The notes under the pieces are model-generated. The model made no database searches, had not been told where the DNA came from, and saw only the letters and a program-made list of their open reading frames with translations. 64,000 nt of DNA, taken from positions 1,184,001 through 1,248,000 of the forward strand of contig CAVQBA010000004.1 in NCBI GenBank assembly GCA_963710605.1. The letters run 5' to 3'. Shown one piece after another: positions 30,860-41,607 of the stretch. Made by a program: the position numbers and the translations under genes. Within the stretch, counting starts at the first letter, position 1. Each line of letters begins with the position of its first letter. Source of the stretch: an uncultured cyanobacterium. GTDB taxonomy: Bacteria > Cyanobacteriota > Cyanobacteriia > Cyanobacteriales > Cyanobacteriaceae.

Positions 30860-32038
30860 ATGAAAGCAATGATTCTCGCCGCTGGTAAGGGTACACGTGT
30901 TCGTCCTATTACACATATTGTACCCAAACCTTTAATTCCTATTTTACAAAAACCTGTGATGGAATTTTTGGTTGAACTACTTAGACAGCATGGCTTTGAC
31001 CAAATTATGGTTAATGTGAGTCACTTAGCCGAAGACATCGAAAACTATTTTCGTGATGGACAACGTTTTGGTGTTGAAATAGGTTATTCTTTTGAAGGTC
31101 ATGTAGAAGATGGCGAATTAGTTGGTGAGGCTTTAGGTTCGGCTGGTGGATTAAAAAAAATTCAAGACTTTAATCCTTTTTTTGACGATACTTTTGTTGT
31201 TTTATGCGGTGATGCTTTAATTGATTTAGATTTAACTGAAGTTGTTAAACAACATCGAGAAAAAGGTGCGATTGCTACAGTAGTTACTAAATCAGTGCCG
31301 AGAGAAGATGTTCCTAGTTATGGTGTGGTGGTGACAGATGCTGAGGATAAAATTGTCGCTTTCCAAGAAAAACCTTCTGTGGAAGAAGCTTTAAGTACAC
31401 AAATAAATACAGGTATATATATATTTGAGCCAGAAATTTTTAAGTATATACCTTCAAACCAAGAATTTGATATTGGGAGTGAACTTTTTCCTAAGTTAGT
31501 GGAATTAGAATTACCATTTTACGCCGTTAATATGGAGTTTGAATGGGTTGATATTGGAAAAGTTCCTGATTATTGGGAAGCGATTCGATTGGTGTTAAAA
31601 GGAGAGATTAAAAATGTTTCTATTCCGGGTAAGGAAGTCAAACCCGGTGTTTATACAGGAGTTAATGTTTCAGTTAATTGGGATAAAGTTGATATAACAG
31701 GACCAGTTTATATCGGTGGAATGACTCATATAGAAGATGGAGCAAAAATAGTAGGTCCTAGTATGATTGGACCAAATTGCTGGGTTTGTGGCGGTGCTAC
31801 GGTTGATAACAGCGTTATTTTTGAGTATTCTCGTCTTTGTGCGGGAGTTCGTTTAGTTGATAAACTTGTTTTTGGACGTTATTGTGTTGATAAAACAGGT
31901 AGTGCGATCGATATTAAAGCCGCCGCTATTGATTGGCTGATAACAGATGCACGCTCTCGTAAGGACACTAATGTAGTTAATCTTGATAGTGTAGTTCACA
32001 CTGAAATAATTAATGATTTAGTTAATACAGGCAAATGA
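30860..32038 (+). CDS. cugP: Cyanobacterial non-GalU UDP-glucose pyrophosphorylase / NDP-sugar synthase
   Basis: MKAMILAAGKGTRVRPIT..PKP, GSAGG, FQEKP, WVDIG, C-terminal beta-helix. Confidence 0.8.
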   Translation: MKAMILAAGKGTRVRPITHIVPKPLIPILQKPVMEFLVELLRQHGFDQIMVNVSHLAEDIENYFRDGQRFGVEIGYSFEGHVEDGELVGEALGSAGGLKKIQDFNPFFDDTFVVLCGDALIDLDLTEVVKQHREKGAIATVVTKSVPREDVPSYGVVVTDAEDKIVAFQEKPSVEEALSTQINTGIYIFEPEIFKYIPSNQEFDIGSELFPKLVELELPFYAVNMEFEWVDIGKVPDYWEAIRLVLKGEIKNVSIPGKEVKPGVYTGVNVSVNWDKVDITGPVYIGGMTHIEDGAKIVGPSMIGPNCWVCGGATVDNSVIFEYSRLCAGVRLVDKLVFGRYCVDKTGSAIDIKAAAIDWLITDARSRKDTNVVNLDSVVHTEIINDLVNTGK

Positions 32039-32052
32039 ATAATGAACAATTA

Positions 32053-32086
32053 TTAACTCTTAACTCTTAACTCTTAACTCTTAACT
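32053..32086. repeat. Heptamer tandem repeat (TAACTCT)x4
   Basis: Read directly between convergent genes. Confidence 0.9.
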
Positions 32087-32088
32087 GA

Positions 32089-32508
32089 TTAAGGTAAGCG
32101 ATAACTGGCAACTCGTATTTCTAAATTTCCCTGTTTGAAATTGTTATTAAAAACAAATTCTCCAGAGCGTTTTTCTTGAGGGGATAAAAAATCGATTTCT
32201 TGTCTGCCGGTTTGAACTTTGTTGTCTGGCAAAGACAGTTGAGCGACAATTTCGACAGATTCAACTGTTTCTCCACCTGAATTAAGCACGGTGAAAGGGA
32301 TGTAATATTGTGTATCAATATGTCTAATCTTAGATTCTGTTATTACCGATAAAATCGGTGGCTGATTATCGGCGGTTAATCCTGTATAGCAAACTAAAGC
32401 TACAATTAAACTAACGATCGATAAAGATACGGCGAAGCTAACTTTTTCGGCTAAAGTTCGTTGCCCAAGAAAAGAGCTATTTGAGGTTCGATTACTTTTA
32501 TTTTTCAT
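32089..32508 (-). CDS. TIGR02588 family protein
   Basis: AEKVSFAVS, N.GGETVE.V, IDFL...EKR.G.F.F; coupled to TIGR02587 gene. Confidence 0.8.
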   Translation of the reverse strand: MKNKSNRTSNSSFLGQRTLAEKVSFAVSLSIVSLIVALVCYTGLTADNQPPILSVITESKIRHIDTQYYIPFTVLNSGGETVESVEIVAQLSLPDNKVQTGRQEIDFLSPQEKRSGEFVFNNNFKQGNLEIRVASYRLP

Positions 32509-33443
32509 ACTGTCAAACGTCCTGCCGCCCCACCAATACTAGCAGGTAAAGCTAAAATTATACCGTAACGTAACCAAACAAGCCAAGGCTCACCTAAAGT
32601 TAGTTTTTGGAAAAACCAGAGCATTAAAATACTGGTAAACAATGCAACCAGATAAGAAAAAAAGGTTTCACTTAAAGGTGATTGAAACAAACCTTGTTGT
32701 TGACGGCGTTTGTCGTAATTAGTAAATTCAGAAGCAAAAACGATCGCATAGGAAACTAATAATGAGATAAACATGATTGTTAGTAACCACCAAGAAGTAG
32801 CAGAAGCCGCCAAAAAATTCACTTCATCTGTCGGGGCAATACTAAAAGCAATAAATAAAACACCGATAACAGTAGCCACAAAATCAGCGAGGGTATCTTT
32901 CCAAACAAGATTACGACTATTTTTCTCGTTTTTATGGTTAGTTTTTGGTGAAGAAGATTGTTGCGATTGACGACTACTATCCAAATCAATTTTAGTTTCG
33001 CCACTGAGAATCGATTGAGAAAATGCGACTCCGACTGAAAATGGTACGCCTTCAAAAACTATTTTACCCAATGCTTCAACTAAAGACGTTTGTAAATCAA
33101 TACGTTGGAGAACAACTAACATAAAAGTAGCACAAACAAAGCCAATTGCCATTGTTTCTAAGCTTTCTGCTAATGCCCCTGCTAATGTCTCACTTTCAAT
33201 TGGGCGAAAACCTTCTATCTGATTGATTAAGAAGATAATTAAAAATGTAATAGCTAAAATTTCTAGTAAGACAAAAGATGTCACATAAGAACCAATAAAC
33301 CAGACTTCCATGGTGTATAAAAGAGGCATACCGAAAAGAAAACCTCCAGATGCACCACTTACTACTTCTTGGAATTCTTGTTGCCAATTATCACCCTTTT
33401 TTTGCTTTCGAGGACGATCGTCTTTTTGCTCAGAATTAATCAC
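32505..33443 (-). CDS. TIGR02587 family membrane protein (DUF2391)
   Basis: GGFLFGMPLLYTMEVW, IAPTDEV, PASIGGAAGRL. Confidence 0.85.
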   Translation of the reverse strand: MINSEQKDDRPRKQKKGDNWQQEFQEVVSGASGGFLFGMPLLYTMEVWFIGSYVTSFVLLEILAITFLIIFLINQIEGFRPIESETLAGALAESLETMAIGFVCATFMLVVLQRIDLQTSLVEALGKIVFEGVPFSVGVAFSQSILSGETKIDLDSSRQSQQSSSPKTNHKNEKNSRNLVWKDTLADFVATVIGVLFIAFSIAPTDEVNFLAASATSWWLLTIMFISLLVSYAIVFASEFTNYDKRRQQQGLFQSPLSETFFSYLVALFTSILMLWFFQKLTLGEPWLVWLRYGIILALPASIGGAAGRLTV

Positions 33444-33838
33444 GGTAAATACTTTCTATCTTGAATAGTAAATAGTGAATAGTAAATTAATCACAATTTC
33501 GTATTTTCATCATTTAGATTCACAAATTAATTGTACTCTAATTCTGTGTGGAAAAGAATTGACCATTATCTATTACCTCTAGCGTACAGATATAGATTAC
33601 TTAATTTTGCGATAATGAGTTAAGATTAATTAAACTCTTGAAAAATAGTCAAACTTTCTTGTTAGCTTAGTTATTATCTTCAAGTCCCTAACTAATAAAT
33701 TAGTCAATCAGAAAAAACATTATGATCAAATTATTAATAATTAACGATCGTAGTTATGATCAATCATTAATTAGGCTAAGATTAAGATATATAACAAAAA
33801 AATAAACAATTGACGGTAATAGTTTAAGAAAAAGTCAT

Positions 33839-35065
33839 ATGAATTTTCCTTTATCTTCTGATCATAACTACGATTTAACGATCGTTGGCGGTGGAATAGT
33901 AGGTGCAACCTTAGCAGTCGCCCTGAAAAATGTAGGTTTAAAAATTGCCATCATCGAAGCCCAAAGTTTAACCGCAACAGCTAAGCGTCAAAGGGCTTAT
34001 GCGTTATCGATTTTGAGCGGTAAGATATTAGAAGGAATCGGAGTCTGGCAAGATATTTTTCCTCATATAGGTAAATTTAAACATATTCGTTTGAGTGACA
34101 ACTTTTTTTCAGGAGTAGTCAAATTTAAAACCGCTGATTTGAATACCGATTATTTAGGTTATGTAGGAGAACATTCTTATATTCAATCGGCATTACAAAA
34201 ATCAAGTTTAGATTCAGCTAATATTACTTATTTTGAAAACGCTGTTATTAAAACGATCGATTCTCAAGCAGATTGTACCAAAATTACGATTGAAACTAAC
34301 GAGCAAAAAACAACTCTACAAACCAAACTCTTAGTCGGTGCCGATGGTGCAAAATCGACAGTCAGGCAATTTGCCCAAATCAAAACCCGTGGTTGGAAGT
34401 ATTCTCAATCTTGTGTAGCGTTTACCATCAAACACACTGCCCCTAATAACGATATTGCCTTTGAACGTTTTTGGCAAACAGGACCGATGGGTATTTTACC
34501 ACTACCAGATAATCGTTGTCAGGTTGTGTGGAGTGCACCTCATACCCTTGCTCAAGAATTAAAATCTTTATCTGATGATGAATTTATTACTCGTTTAGCC
34601 CAACATACTCAAGAGTCGTTAGGAGAAATGAAATTAATAAGCGATCGTATTGTCTTTCCTGTACAATTAATGCAAAGCAATACCTATATCAAACCTAGAT
34701 TGGCTTTAATTGGTGATGCCGCCCATTGTTGTCATCCCGTCGGTGGGCAAGGTTTAAACCTCGGTATTCGTGATGCCGCCGCTTTAGCTCAAGTTTTGAC
34801 TCAAGCATATCAAGCCAAAGAAGATATTGGCTCAATTTCAGTCTTAGAAAAATATAATCAGTGGCGTAAGCAAGAAAACTTGATGATATTAGCTTTTACT
34901 GATTTCCTCGATTGATTTTTCTCGACTAGCTTTATTCCTATCGTCGCTATCCGCCGTTTAGGTTTGTTGATGATGAAATATATCAAACCTTTAAAAATCT
35001 TTTCACTACAATTGATGACGGGTTTTAAAGGAAGAATACCCAATTTAGTTACTAATAGTAAATAA
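33839..35065 (+). CDS. UbiH/UbiF/VisC family FAD-dependent hydroxylase with in-frame TGA at 34913-34915
   Basis: GGGIVG, GADG, GDAAHCCHPVGGQGLNLGIRD; frame continues 49 codons after TGA (FFSTSFIPIVAIRRLGL..LMTGFKGRIP). Confidence 0.88.
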
Positions 35066-35200
35066 TTAATTATTTATTTGATTAATTTAGATGAGACTAA
35101 TAATTTTCGCCCTGAAAGTTAATTTCATCGTTAATAGATTATCTATTTGATTAATTGTGCTTTCATTTTTTAATTAACATCAGACTTTTAAAGCAAAATG

Positions 35201-35368
35201 TATAGTTGTTTAAATTAAGTTTGAAACAGTATAAATAATATTAAAAAGAAAAACAAAAACATAACACCCGCCTGGCAATAAATTGTCAAGGCTAATAGAT
35301 ACCGTTTAATAAATTAAACTCAAAGAAAATATACTCAAATTGTTTCATTCTTATTTTCATTAACTATA
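35201..35368. mobile_element. MITE-like repeat family A, copy 3
   Basis: TATAGTTGTTTAAATTAAG ... CTTATTTTCATTAACTATA; core CCCGCCTGG..CAAGGCTAA..CCGTTTAATAAATTAAACTC. Confidence 0.75.
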
Positions 35369-35434
35369 CTTTGAATTTCTAGTTAAAGTAAATGATAAAA
35401 TTTAGCCAGAAAAAAATAAACATAAAACAAGACT

Positions 35435-36394
35435 ATGGGACTTTTAATCGACGGTGTTTGGCATGATCAATGGTACGATACCGAAAGTAATGATGGTAAA
35501 TTTATTCGTAAAGCATCTGCGTTTCGTAATTGGGTAACTAGTGATGGTAGCAAAGGCGAAACAGGGAATAGTGGTTTTAAAGCCGAAAAAGATCGTTATC
35601 ATCTTTATGTCTCTAATGCTTGCCCTTGGGCTCATCGTACCCTTATTTTCCGTGCCTTAAAAGGTTTAGAAGAGATTATCCCTATTTCGGTTGTCCATTG
35701 GTTTATGGGCGAAAATGGTTGGACTTTTAACTCAGGCGAAGGTGTAATTGCTGATAGTTTATTTGATGTAGATTATCTTTATCAAATTTATACTAAAGCT
35801 GATTCTAATTACACTGGTAGAGTAACTGTACCTATTTTATGGGATAAAAAAACAAATACGATCGTCAATAATGAATCCTCGGAAATTATTCGGATGTTTA
35901 ACACTGCCTTTGATCAAATTGGTGCAACAGAAGGTGATTATTATCCTGAAGAATTAAGAGCAGAAATTGATCAAGTTAACGATCGAGTTTACCATAATGT
36001 TAATAATGGGGTTTATAAATGTGGTTTCGCTACTAGCCAATCGGCATACGAAGAGGCTTTAACACCACTTTTTGCAACTCTAGACTGGATAGAAGAAACA
36101 CTATCGAATCATAAATACTTAGTTGGCGATACACTCACCGAAGCTGATTGGCGACTTTTCACAACATTGTTAAGATTTGATCCAGTTTATGTGGGGCATT
36201 TTAAATGTAATCTTCGTCGTATTTATGATTATCCCAAGATGTGGGAATATCTCAAACACCTTTATAACATACCTAAAGTAAGCGACACTGTCAGTATGTC
36301 ACACATTAAAGGGCATTACTACCAAAGCCATAAAACAATTAATCCTACAGGAATTGTACCAGTAGGACCCGTGCTTGATTTTATTGACAATTAA
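35435..36394 (+). CDS. Glutathionyl-hydroquinone reductase (YqjG, omega-like GST)
   Basis: ACPWAHR, GRVTVPILWD, NNESSEI, NNGVYKCGF, RFDPVY.GHFKCN. Confidence 0.92.
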   Translation: MGLLIDGVWHDQWYDTESNDGKFIRKASAFRNWVTSDGSKGETGNSGFKAEKDRYHLYVSNACPWAHRTLIFRALKGLEEIIPISVVHWFMGENGWTFNSGEGVIADSLFDVDYLYQIYTKADSNYTGRVTVPILWDKKTNTIVNNESSEIIRMFNTAFDQIGATEGDYYPEELRAEIDQVNDRVYHNVNNGVYKCGFATSQSAYEEALTPLFATLDWIEETLSNHKYLVGDTLTEADWRLFTTLLRFDPVYVGHFKCNLRRIYDYPKMWEYLKHLYNIPKVSDTVSMSHIKGHYYQSHKTINPTGIVPVGPVLDFIDN

Positions 36395-36478
36395 CCATAA
36401 ATTATAATTATTAGGGGTAATCTTCTTGACACAGTTTCAGTGAAGATTACAAAATATAAATAAGAAATTAATTTGATT

Positions 36479-36724
36479 ATGAAAGAAAAACTCTCATTGT
36501 GGGTAGAACGTTTTTTGATGGCTGATATTTTTTTAGTGATGATTAGCTTTGCTTGGTTTGTCGTTGCTTTAATCGGGCGTTATCTTGGTATTCCTTTAGG
36601 TTGGGATGTTTGGTATAGTTTGTGGATACCTGTGTTTAACCCCGCAATCGGTATCTTATTCACAGGTATCATATTTAGTTGGTTAATCAAAAAAGTTGGT
36701 TTAATGATCAACAAGGAAGGATAA
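36479..36724 (+). CDS. Small membrane protein
   Basis: ADIFLV..F.WF, W..LW.P.F.PAIG pattern; two TM segments. Confidence 0.7.
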   Translation: MKEKLSLWVERFLMADIFLVMISFAWFVVALIGRYLGIPLGWDVWYSLWIPVFNPAIGILFTGIIFSWLIKKVGLMINKEG

Positions 36725-36760
36725 GGGATGAGGGATAACACATGAGTAAAGAAGAAGGAA

Positions 36761-36785
36761 ATTGTCAATTGTCAATTGTCAATTA
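36761..36785. repeat. Heptamer tandem repeat (ATTGTCA)x3
   Basis: Read directly. Confidence 0.8.
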
Positions 36786-36802
36786 ATATCAATTGTTACT
36801 CG

Positions 36803-37249
36803 TTAATCATCGCTAAAATGCTCTTCGTCTTTGTTATCTACTTTCCAATCTTCATTTTCTCCACCAATAATTAGTTGTTTAATCACAACATATTCTTTTG
36901 ATAACTCTCTTAAACTATTAATGAGTATATCGATCGCAATTAGGTCACTTGTACCTAAATCAAACCAACATCGCCCCCAGTTACCTAATACTTCTATATC
37001 ACCCATGTTGTGCATCGGAGACATCATCGCATTTTCAGCAAAATCACGATCGTATCGCATATAACTAATATCGATACCTGTTTCTTGTATTTGTAAATTT
37101 TCGGCATTAAAGCCACCGAGTTTACCGATATAAAACCATGAATCAAATAATTCATCGATATATTGTTTTTCCATTGGCGACAAACCATGATCAAATTCTA
37201 ACCAAACCCACAAATCAAAAGGATTAAATTCTCTAAATTTTACTTCCAC
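36803..37249 (-). CDS. DUF3531 family protein
   Basis: FREFNPFDLW, SWFYIGKLGGFNAENLQ, MHNMG, CWFDLGTSD. Confidence 0.85.
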   Translation of the reverse strand: MEVKFREFNPFDLWVWLEFDHGLSPMEKQYIDELFDSWFYIGKLGGFNAENLQIQETGIDISYMRYDRDFAENAMMSPMHNMGDIEVLGNWGRCWFDLGTSDLIAIDILINSLRELSKEYVVIKQLIIGGENEDWKVDNKDEEHFSDD

Positions 37250-37293
37250 TATTTCTCCTTGTTAAATTAGCTGTATCACGATTTAAATCTAAG

Positions 37294-37947
37294 TTGATGT
37301 TAAACCGTCTTTTATCTTTATTTCTAAAACCTAACTGCCCTCTTTGTCAACGATCGGCAAATGATGTATTTTGTGATTATTGTGCAACTAAAATCTTGAG
37401 TTGTCAACTGGCTAATCATCAAACGTTTGTTAAGCCTAATTTTTTACTCTTTGCTTGGGGAAAATACGATCGAGAATTAAAACGATCGATCGCGCAGTTA
37501 AAGTATAATCAACAACCAGAAATAGGACACATATTAGGAATTTGGTTAGGCAAAGCATGGTTACAATCAGCTAACAAAGAAAAATATCCTCATCTAACAG
37601 TAATAGCTATCCCCGCATCAGCTCAAAAAATGAAGATAAGAGGTTACAATCAAGCTGAATTAATTGCTCGTGGTTTTTGTCAACTCACAGGATATAATTT
37701 AAAAAATAATCTTTTAATACGACAAAAAGATACCGAAGCGATGTTTGGTTTAAATCCTCTTCAAAGAAAAGAAAATATTCAACAAGCTTTTTCGATCGGT
37801 AAAGATTATGCCAAAATTAAAAAAACGCAACAGATTTTAATTATTGACGATATTTACACGACGGGTACAACTGTTAATGAAGCAAAACAAGTTTTGAATA
37901 AAGCTGGATTAAAAACGATCGGTGTAGCGACTGTCTCTAAGGCTTAA
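37294..37947 (+). CDS. comF: ComF family protein (PRTase-like)
   Basis: CPLC..CDYC, LKY, RGYNQAELIA, IIDDIYTTGTT. Confidence 0.9.
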   Translation: MMLNRLLSLFLKPNCPLCQRSANDVFCDYCATKILSCQLANHQTFVKPNFLLFAWGKYDRELKRSIAQLKYNQQPEIGHILGIWLGKAWLQSANKEKYPHLTVIAIPASAQKMKIRGYNQAELIARGFCQLTGYNLKNNLLIRQKDTEAMFGLNPLQRKENIQQAFSIGKDYAKIKKTQQILIIDDIYTTGTTVNEAKQVLNKAGLKTIGVATVSKA

Positions 37948-38009
37948 AGTCAATTTATTTTTACTTCAGACTTGATTTACATAAATTCAGATGGCTATAC
38001 TTCGTCTTC

Positions 38010-38435
38010 TTAAATTGTTACTAAATCACGAGAAGATTGAATTGGAAAAAACACAGCAGGAGAAACATGAAAAAATTCTGCTAATTCTTGAATATGGCGA
38101 TTAGTTAACTGACGTTTTCCTTTTAATATTTCTGAGATAATAGACTCTGTTTTGAAAATGAAAACAAGGTCTTTTTGTTTCAACTTATGTTCTTCGATTA
38201 ATACCTTTAATAATTCTACGCCATAAATATCTGGAATCAAATCTTCTTGCTGTTGCTCATAGTTATAAATTAAAGTTCCTAAAACATCTAAATAATCTTC
38301 TTCTTCCGAACTTAGCTTGTGTTTATCTAATAATTCATTAATCACTGATTGAGTCGCTTCAAAATCAGCTTCGTTTACTACAGGACGAGGTGGAAATTTT
38401 TGCAGAAGTTGAATGTATTTATCGATTGAAGTCAT
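38010..38435 (-). CDS. higA: HigA-type antitoxin (HTH)
   Basis: FPPRP, L..LI..YE, LKQKDL, ISEILKGKRQLT..HI..LAEFF.VSP.VF. Confidence 0.85.
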   Translation of the reverse strand: MTSIDKYIQLLQKFPPRPVVNEADFEATQSVINELLDKHKLSSEEEDYLDVLGTLIYNYEQQQEDLIPDIYGVELLKVLIEEHKLKQKDLVFIFKTESIISEILKGKRQLTNRHIQELAEFFHVSPAVFFPIQSSRDLVTI

Positions 38436-38557
38436 AATTTATCAGAAATTTTACAATTATTAATTCAAAAGTAATTTATATTACCAAAGCAAAAGAAAAC
38501 AGAATGATTTAAAAGTTTTTTAAAATTATAATGTTACTCTGAACTCAGATTTGATTT

Positions 38558-38863
38558 TCATTTTAAAAGCCAGCTATCTTTTTTCCAATTACCCTTATTA
38601 TAATCAGTATGAGTGAGTACATCTCGGATATAGACTCTTTTTTTCAAAAAAGAAATTTTAGTAATTAATCGGTAATTATTACCTCCAATGTTGAACACTG
38701 TTAATTGTTGAACATTATCTGCACTAGGAAAAGTTTTACGCACATCATCAAAATGATTCCATCGACTCTGGGTAGTAATTTTATACCAATACCTTAAAGC
38801 CATTTCAGCATTAGGATGTTTTGTCCAAAAAGATTTCAAGGCAGTTTTACTAATAATGTGCAT
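38558..38863 (-). CDS. higB: HigB-type toxin (RelE superfamily)
   Basis: MHIIS, F..AD, VFNIGGNNYRLI, LTH.DY..G.W; toxin-first order. Confidence 0.88.
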   Translation of the reverse strand: MHIISKTALKSFWTKHPNAEMALRYWYKITTQSRWNHFDDVRKTFPSADNVQQLTVFNIGGNNYRLITKISFLKKRVYIRDVLTHTDYNKGNWKKDSWLLK

Positions 38864-39201
38864 AGAGAGCGTTTATTTCCAGATAAGGTTTACTAACACC
38901 ATCTGTTTTCCTTTGCTTTTAGTAGTTTAAACTACCTTTTTAATCTTAGCGATTTGCGAAGTTTTTGTTAATTGTTTTTTTCAGTAATTGGAAGTACGAT
39001 TAGTTTATGAAAAAAAATCAAACAATAACTTTAACTGAAATTAACGTCAAATAGCTTATCTTCAAAGAAAACAAACTCGCTCGTGAATTATTAGGAAATT
39101 TTTATTTAACAATAATAATTACAATCTTAAATAAGAATATGTATAGATCTTTTAGATAAAATTTAAGTATTATGAATGATTAGACAGTCCAAATTATGTT
39201 T

Positions 39202-39236
39202 AATAATTGATAATTGATAATTGATAATTGATAATC
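39202..39236. repeat. Heptamer tandem repeat (ATAATTG)x4
   Basis: Read directly. Confidence 0.85.
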
Positions 39237-39393
39237 AACAATACTTCTTACTCCTTACTCTTGAATGTGATGTTGTTGTTGGTTAATATCAAGATTAAAT
39301 AATACTCCAGTTTATTTGTAGAAGAGATTTGATTAACAACCGAAAGTACACCCGATAACTAACCCGTAAGTTACAACAACATCCGATTTTTTT

Positions 39394-39561
39394 TTAAGCA
39401 CCCTTGAGTAACTGTTTCATTAAGTTATCTTTCACCATCATCTGGCGGAAAACTTCCATTAAATATTCTTGAGCTTGTTCTTGGCTTAAATTTTTAACCT
39501 GATCCTTTAATACTTGTAACTTAAATTTCTGTTCTAGGGTAAGATTTGCTGAGATGTCCAT
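39394..39561 (-). CDS. nblA: Phycobilisome degradation protein NblA (missed by ORF track)
   Basis: MDISANLTLEQKFKLQVLKDQVKNLSQEQAQEYLMEVFRQMMVKDNLMKQLLKGA*; GAGG SD upstream. Confidence 0.93.
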   Translation of the reverse strand: MDISANLTLEQKFKLQVLKDQVKNLSQEQAQEYLMEVFRQMMVKDNLMKQLLKGA

Positions 39562-39817
39562 TTTTATCACTCCTCAATAAGGTCTAGTTATTTGTTTGTT
39601 TATAACATATGGATATTAAAGCGTACATTTTGTCAACATTTCTGTTGAATTTGTTACATTTATTTAATATTTACTTTATGTTTCCTAAATACATTGATTG
39701 TAAAAACTAATCCATTCTGTTTATATAACTTAATATAACAAAATAAGATCAACAATCTGGGTATCCCAAAGGTAGAGATAATAATTGAGATGAATCCCTG
39801 CTTCGCACGTCTTCGGT

Positions 39818-39853
39818 GAGAATTGAGAATCAGGAATTGAGAATTAAGAATTA
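39818..39853. repeat. Degenerate heptamer repeat (GAGAATT)x5
   Basis: gagaatt gagaatc aggaatt gagaatt aagaatt. Confidence 0.75.
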
Positions 39854-39881
39854 AACTAGCTGTTCACTGTTCACTATTTTT

Positions 39882-40880
39882 CTATTCTTGATTAGCGATG
39901 AGGTAAAGTAAAGCCATCCTTACGGCGACACCACTAGTAACTTGTTGGGCAATTAAGCTAAAACGATCGTCATCCATCAACTCTGAACTAATCTCAACAC
40001 CTCGATTAACAGGACCAGGATGAAGTACCTTAACATGAGGATGGCATAATTGTAATCTATCGTGAGTAAGACCAAATAACTGATGATATTCACGCAGACT
40101 CGGTAAGAGAAAATCGGTCATTCTTTCTTTTTGCAACCTTAAAGTCATGACAATATCCGCATCTTTAAGTGCTGGTGGTAATTGCCAATGAATAAATAAA
40201 CGCTCTCTTTGCTCAATAGATTTAATCGTATCTAAAAATAAGCGAGGTAAAAGAGTGGGTGGTGCGGCTAAATGTACTTCTGCCCCTGCGGTTAATAAAC
40301 TATTAAGATTAGAACGAGCTACACGAGAATGAAGTATATCACCGACGATCGCTATTTTTTTTCCTCCAAGTAAAGATACTTGCGGATTCTCGCTATCGAT
40401 TTGCGAACAAATTGTAAACAAATCTAATAAGCCTTGAGAAGGATGTTGATGTAAACCATCACCTGCATTAAAAATACTTACTCCTGAATTAATTCTATCC
40501 ATCTCTGTGGCTACATTTAGAGGTACGCCAGATTGACTATGACGAATCACCATAATATTTGCACCCATCGCTAGATAAGTTTTAGCAGTATCTAAAATAG
40601 TTTCACCTTTAGTTAAAGAAGAAGTGCTAGGAGAAAAATTTAAAATATCCGCAGAAAGTCTTTTTGCGGCTAATTCAAAACTACTACGAGTACGGGTAGA
40701 AGGCTCAAAAAACATATTCGCTACTACTTGCCCTTGCAAGGCGGGTACTTTTTTTGTTCGGCGAGAAAGTACTGATTTAAAGCTCGAAGCTGTTGTTAAA
40801 ACTGCATTGTATTCATCGATCGAAAAGTCTTCTAAGGAGATAATATGTTTTCTCGTCCAAGTTGTCGTCGTGCTATCCAT
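39882..40880 (-). CDS. pyrB: Aspartate carbamoyltransferase catalytic subunit
   Basis: [41 protein letters not shown]. Confidence 0.96.
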   Translation of the reverse strand: MDSTTTTWTRKHIISLEDFSIDEYNAVLTTASSFKSVLSRRTKKVPALQGQVVANMFFEPSTRTRSSFELAAKRLSADILNFSPSTSSLTKGETILDTAKTYLAMGANIMVIRHSQSGVPLNVATEMDRINSGVSIFNAGDGLHQHPSQGLLDLFTICSQIDSENPQVSLLGGKKIAIVGDILHSRVARSNLNSLLTAGAEVHLAAPPTLLPRLFLDTIKSIEQRERLFIHWQLPPALKDADIVMTLRLQKERMTDFLLPSLREYHQLFGLTHDRLQLCHPHVKVLHPGPVNRGVEISSELMDDDRFSLIAQQVTSGVAVRMALLYLIANQE

Positions 40881-41070
40881 ATTTATTCAAATCTATTGCT
40901 CATCAAAAAAATATTGATGATTTCTACCTCTTATTGGTTTTACCAGAAAATAAATAATTTTGTTTATGGTTTTAGATTGTTTGCAGATTTCGAGGTAAAT
41001 CTTTACATTTGTTTATTTTTTTCTGTTTTACTTTTAAGTTTCCAGTTAACTTTAGTTAACGTACACGGTT

Positions 41071-41122
41071 AGCCTTGAACTTAAGTTCAAGGATAAGATA
41101 AAATCGTTCAATAAATTGAACC
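41071..41122. repeat. Hairpin related to MITE family A core
   Basis: GCCTTGAACTTAAGTTCAAGG..CGTTCAATAAATTGAAC. Confidence 0.6.
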
Positions 41123-41172
41123 AAAATTATATCATGCTGTTCCCTATTACTCAGATATAGCTTTTTTTATCT

Positions 41173-41580
41173 TTAAGGTGCAATTAAATGTTTTTCTCTT
41201 TCCTGATATTTTTTAATTAATTTACGTCTATGAATCGAAGGATATATTAATAAAGTAGCCAGAGGAATACTTACTGCTACCAAACCACAAATCATTAATG
41301 GTGAAGTAAATCCTAATATCAAACAGCCAATACCTAAACCAGTTAAAACAGTCAAAGAAGGTAAAATAATTGCTTTGCGTTTCGGTGTTTTATTCTGAAT
41401 TAAAGCTTGAAAAGTTTGATAAAAAAGCCAACCTAAAAATACTGGAATAATTGATAACATTATTAATCCTAATAGTAATACCAAAATTATTAATCCTATT
41501 TTAATTGCCCAATACAAGATAAATAATACCATTACTAGAAGAACAATAGCACCACCGCCTTCCTCTTGTCCTTGACTCAT
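41173..41580 (-). CDS. Hypothetical membrane protein
   Basis: 135 aa, 3-4 TM segments; GGAG SD; co-oriented with kinase. Confidence 0.7.
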   Translation of the reverse strand: MSQGQEEGGGAIVLLVMVLFILYWAIKIGLIILVLLLGLIMLSIIPVFLGWLFYQTFQALIQNKTPKRKAIILPSLTVLTGLGIGCLILGFTSPLMICGLVAVSIPLATLLIYPSIHRRKLIKKYQEREKHLIAP

Positions 41581-41607
41581 AAATTATAACTCCATAAAAC
41601 TAGTTAA

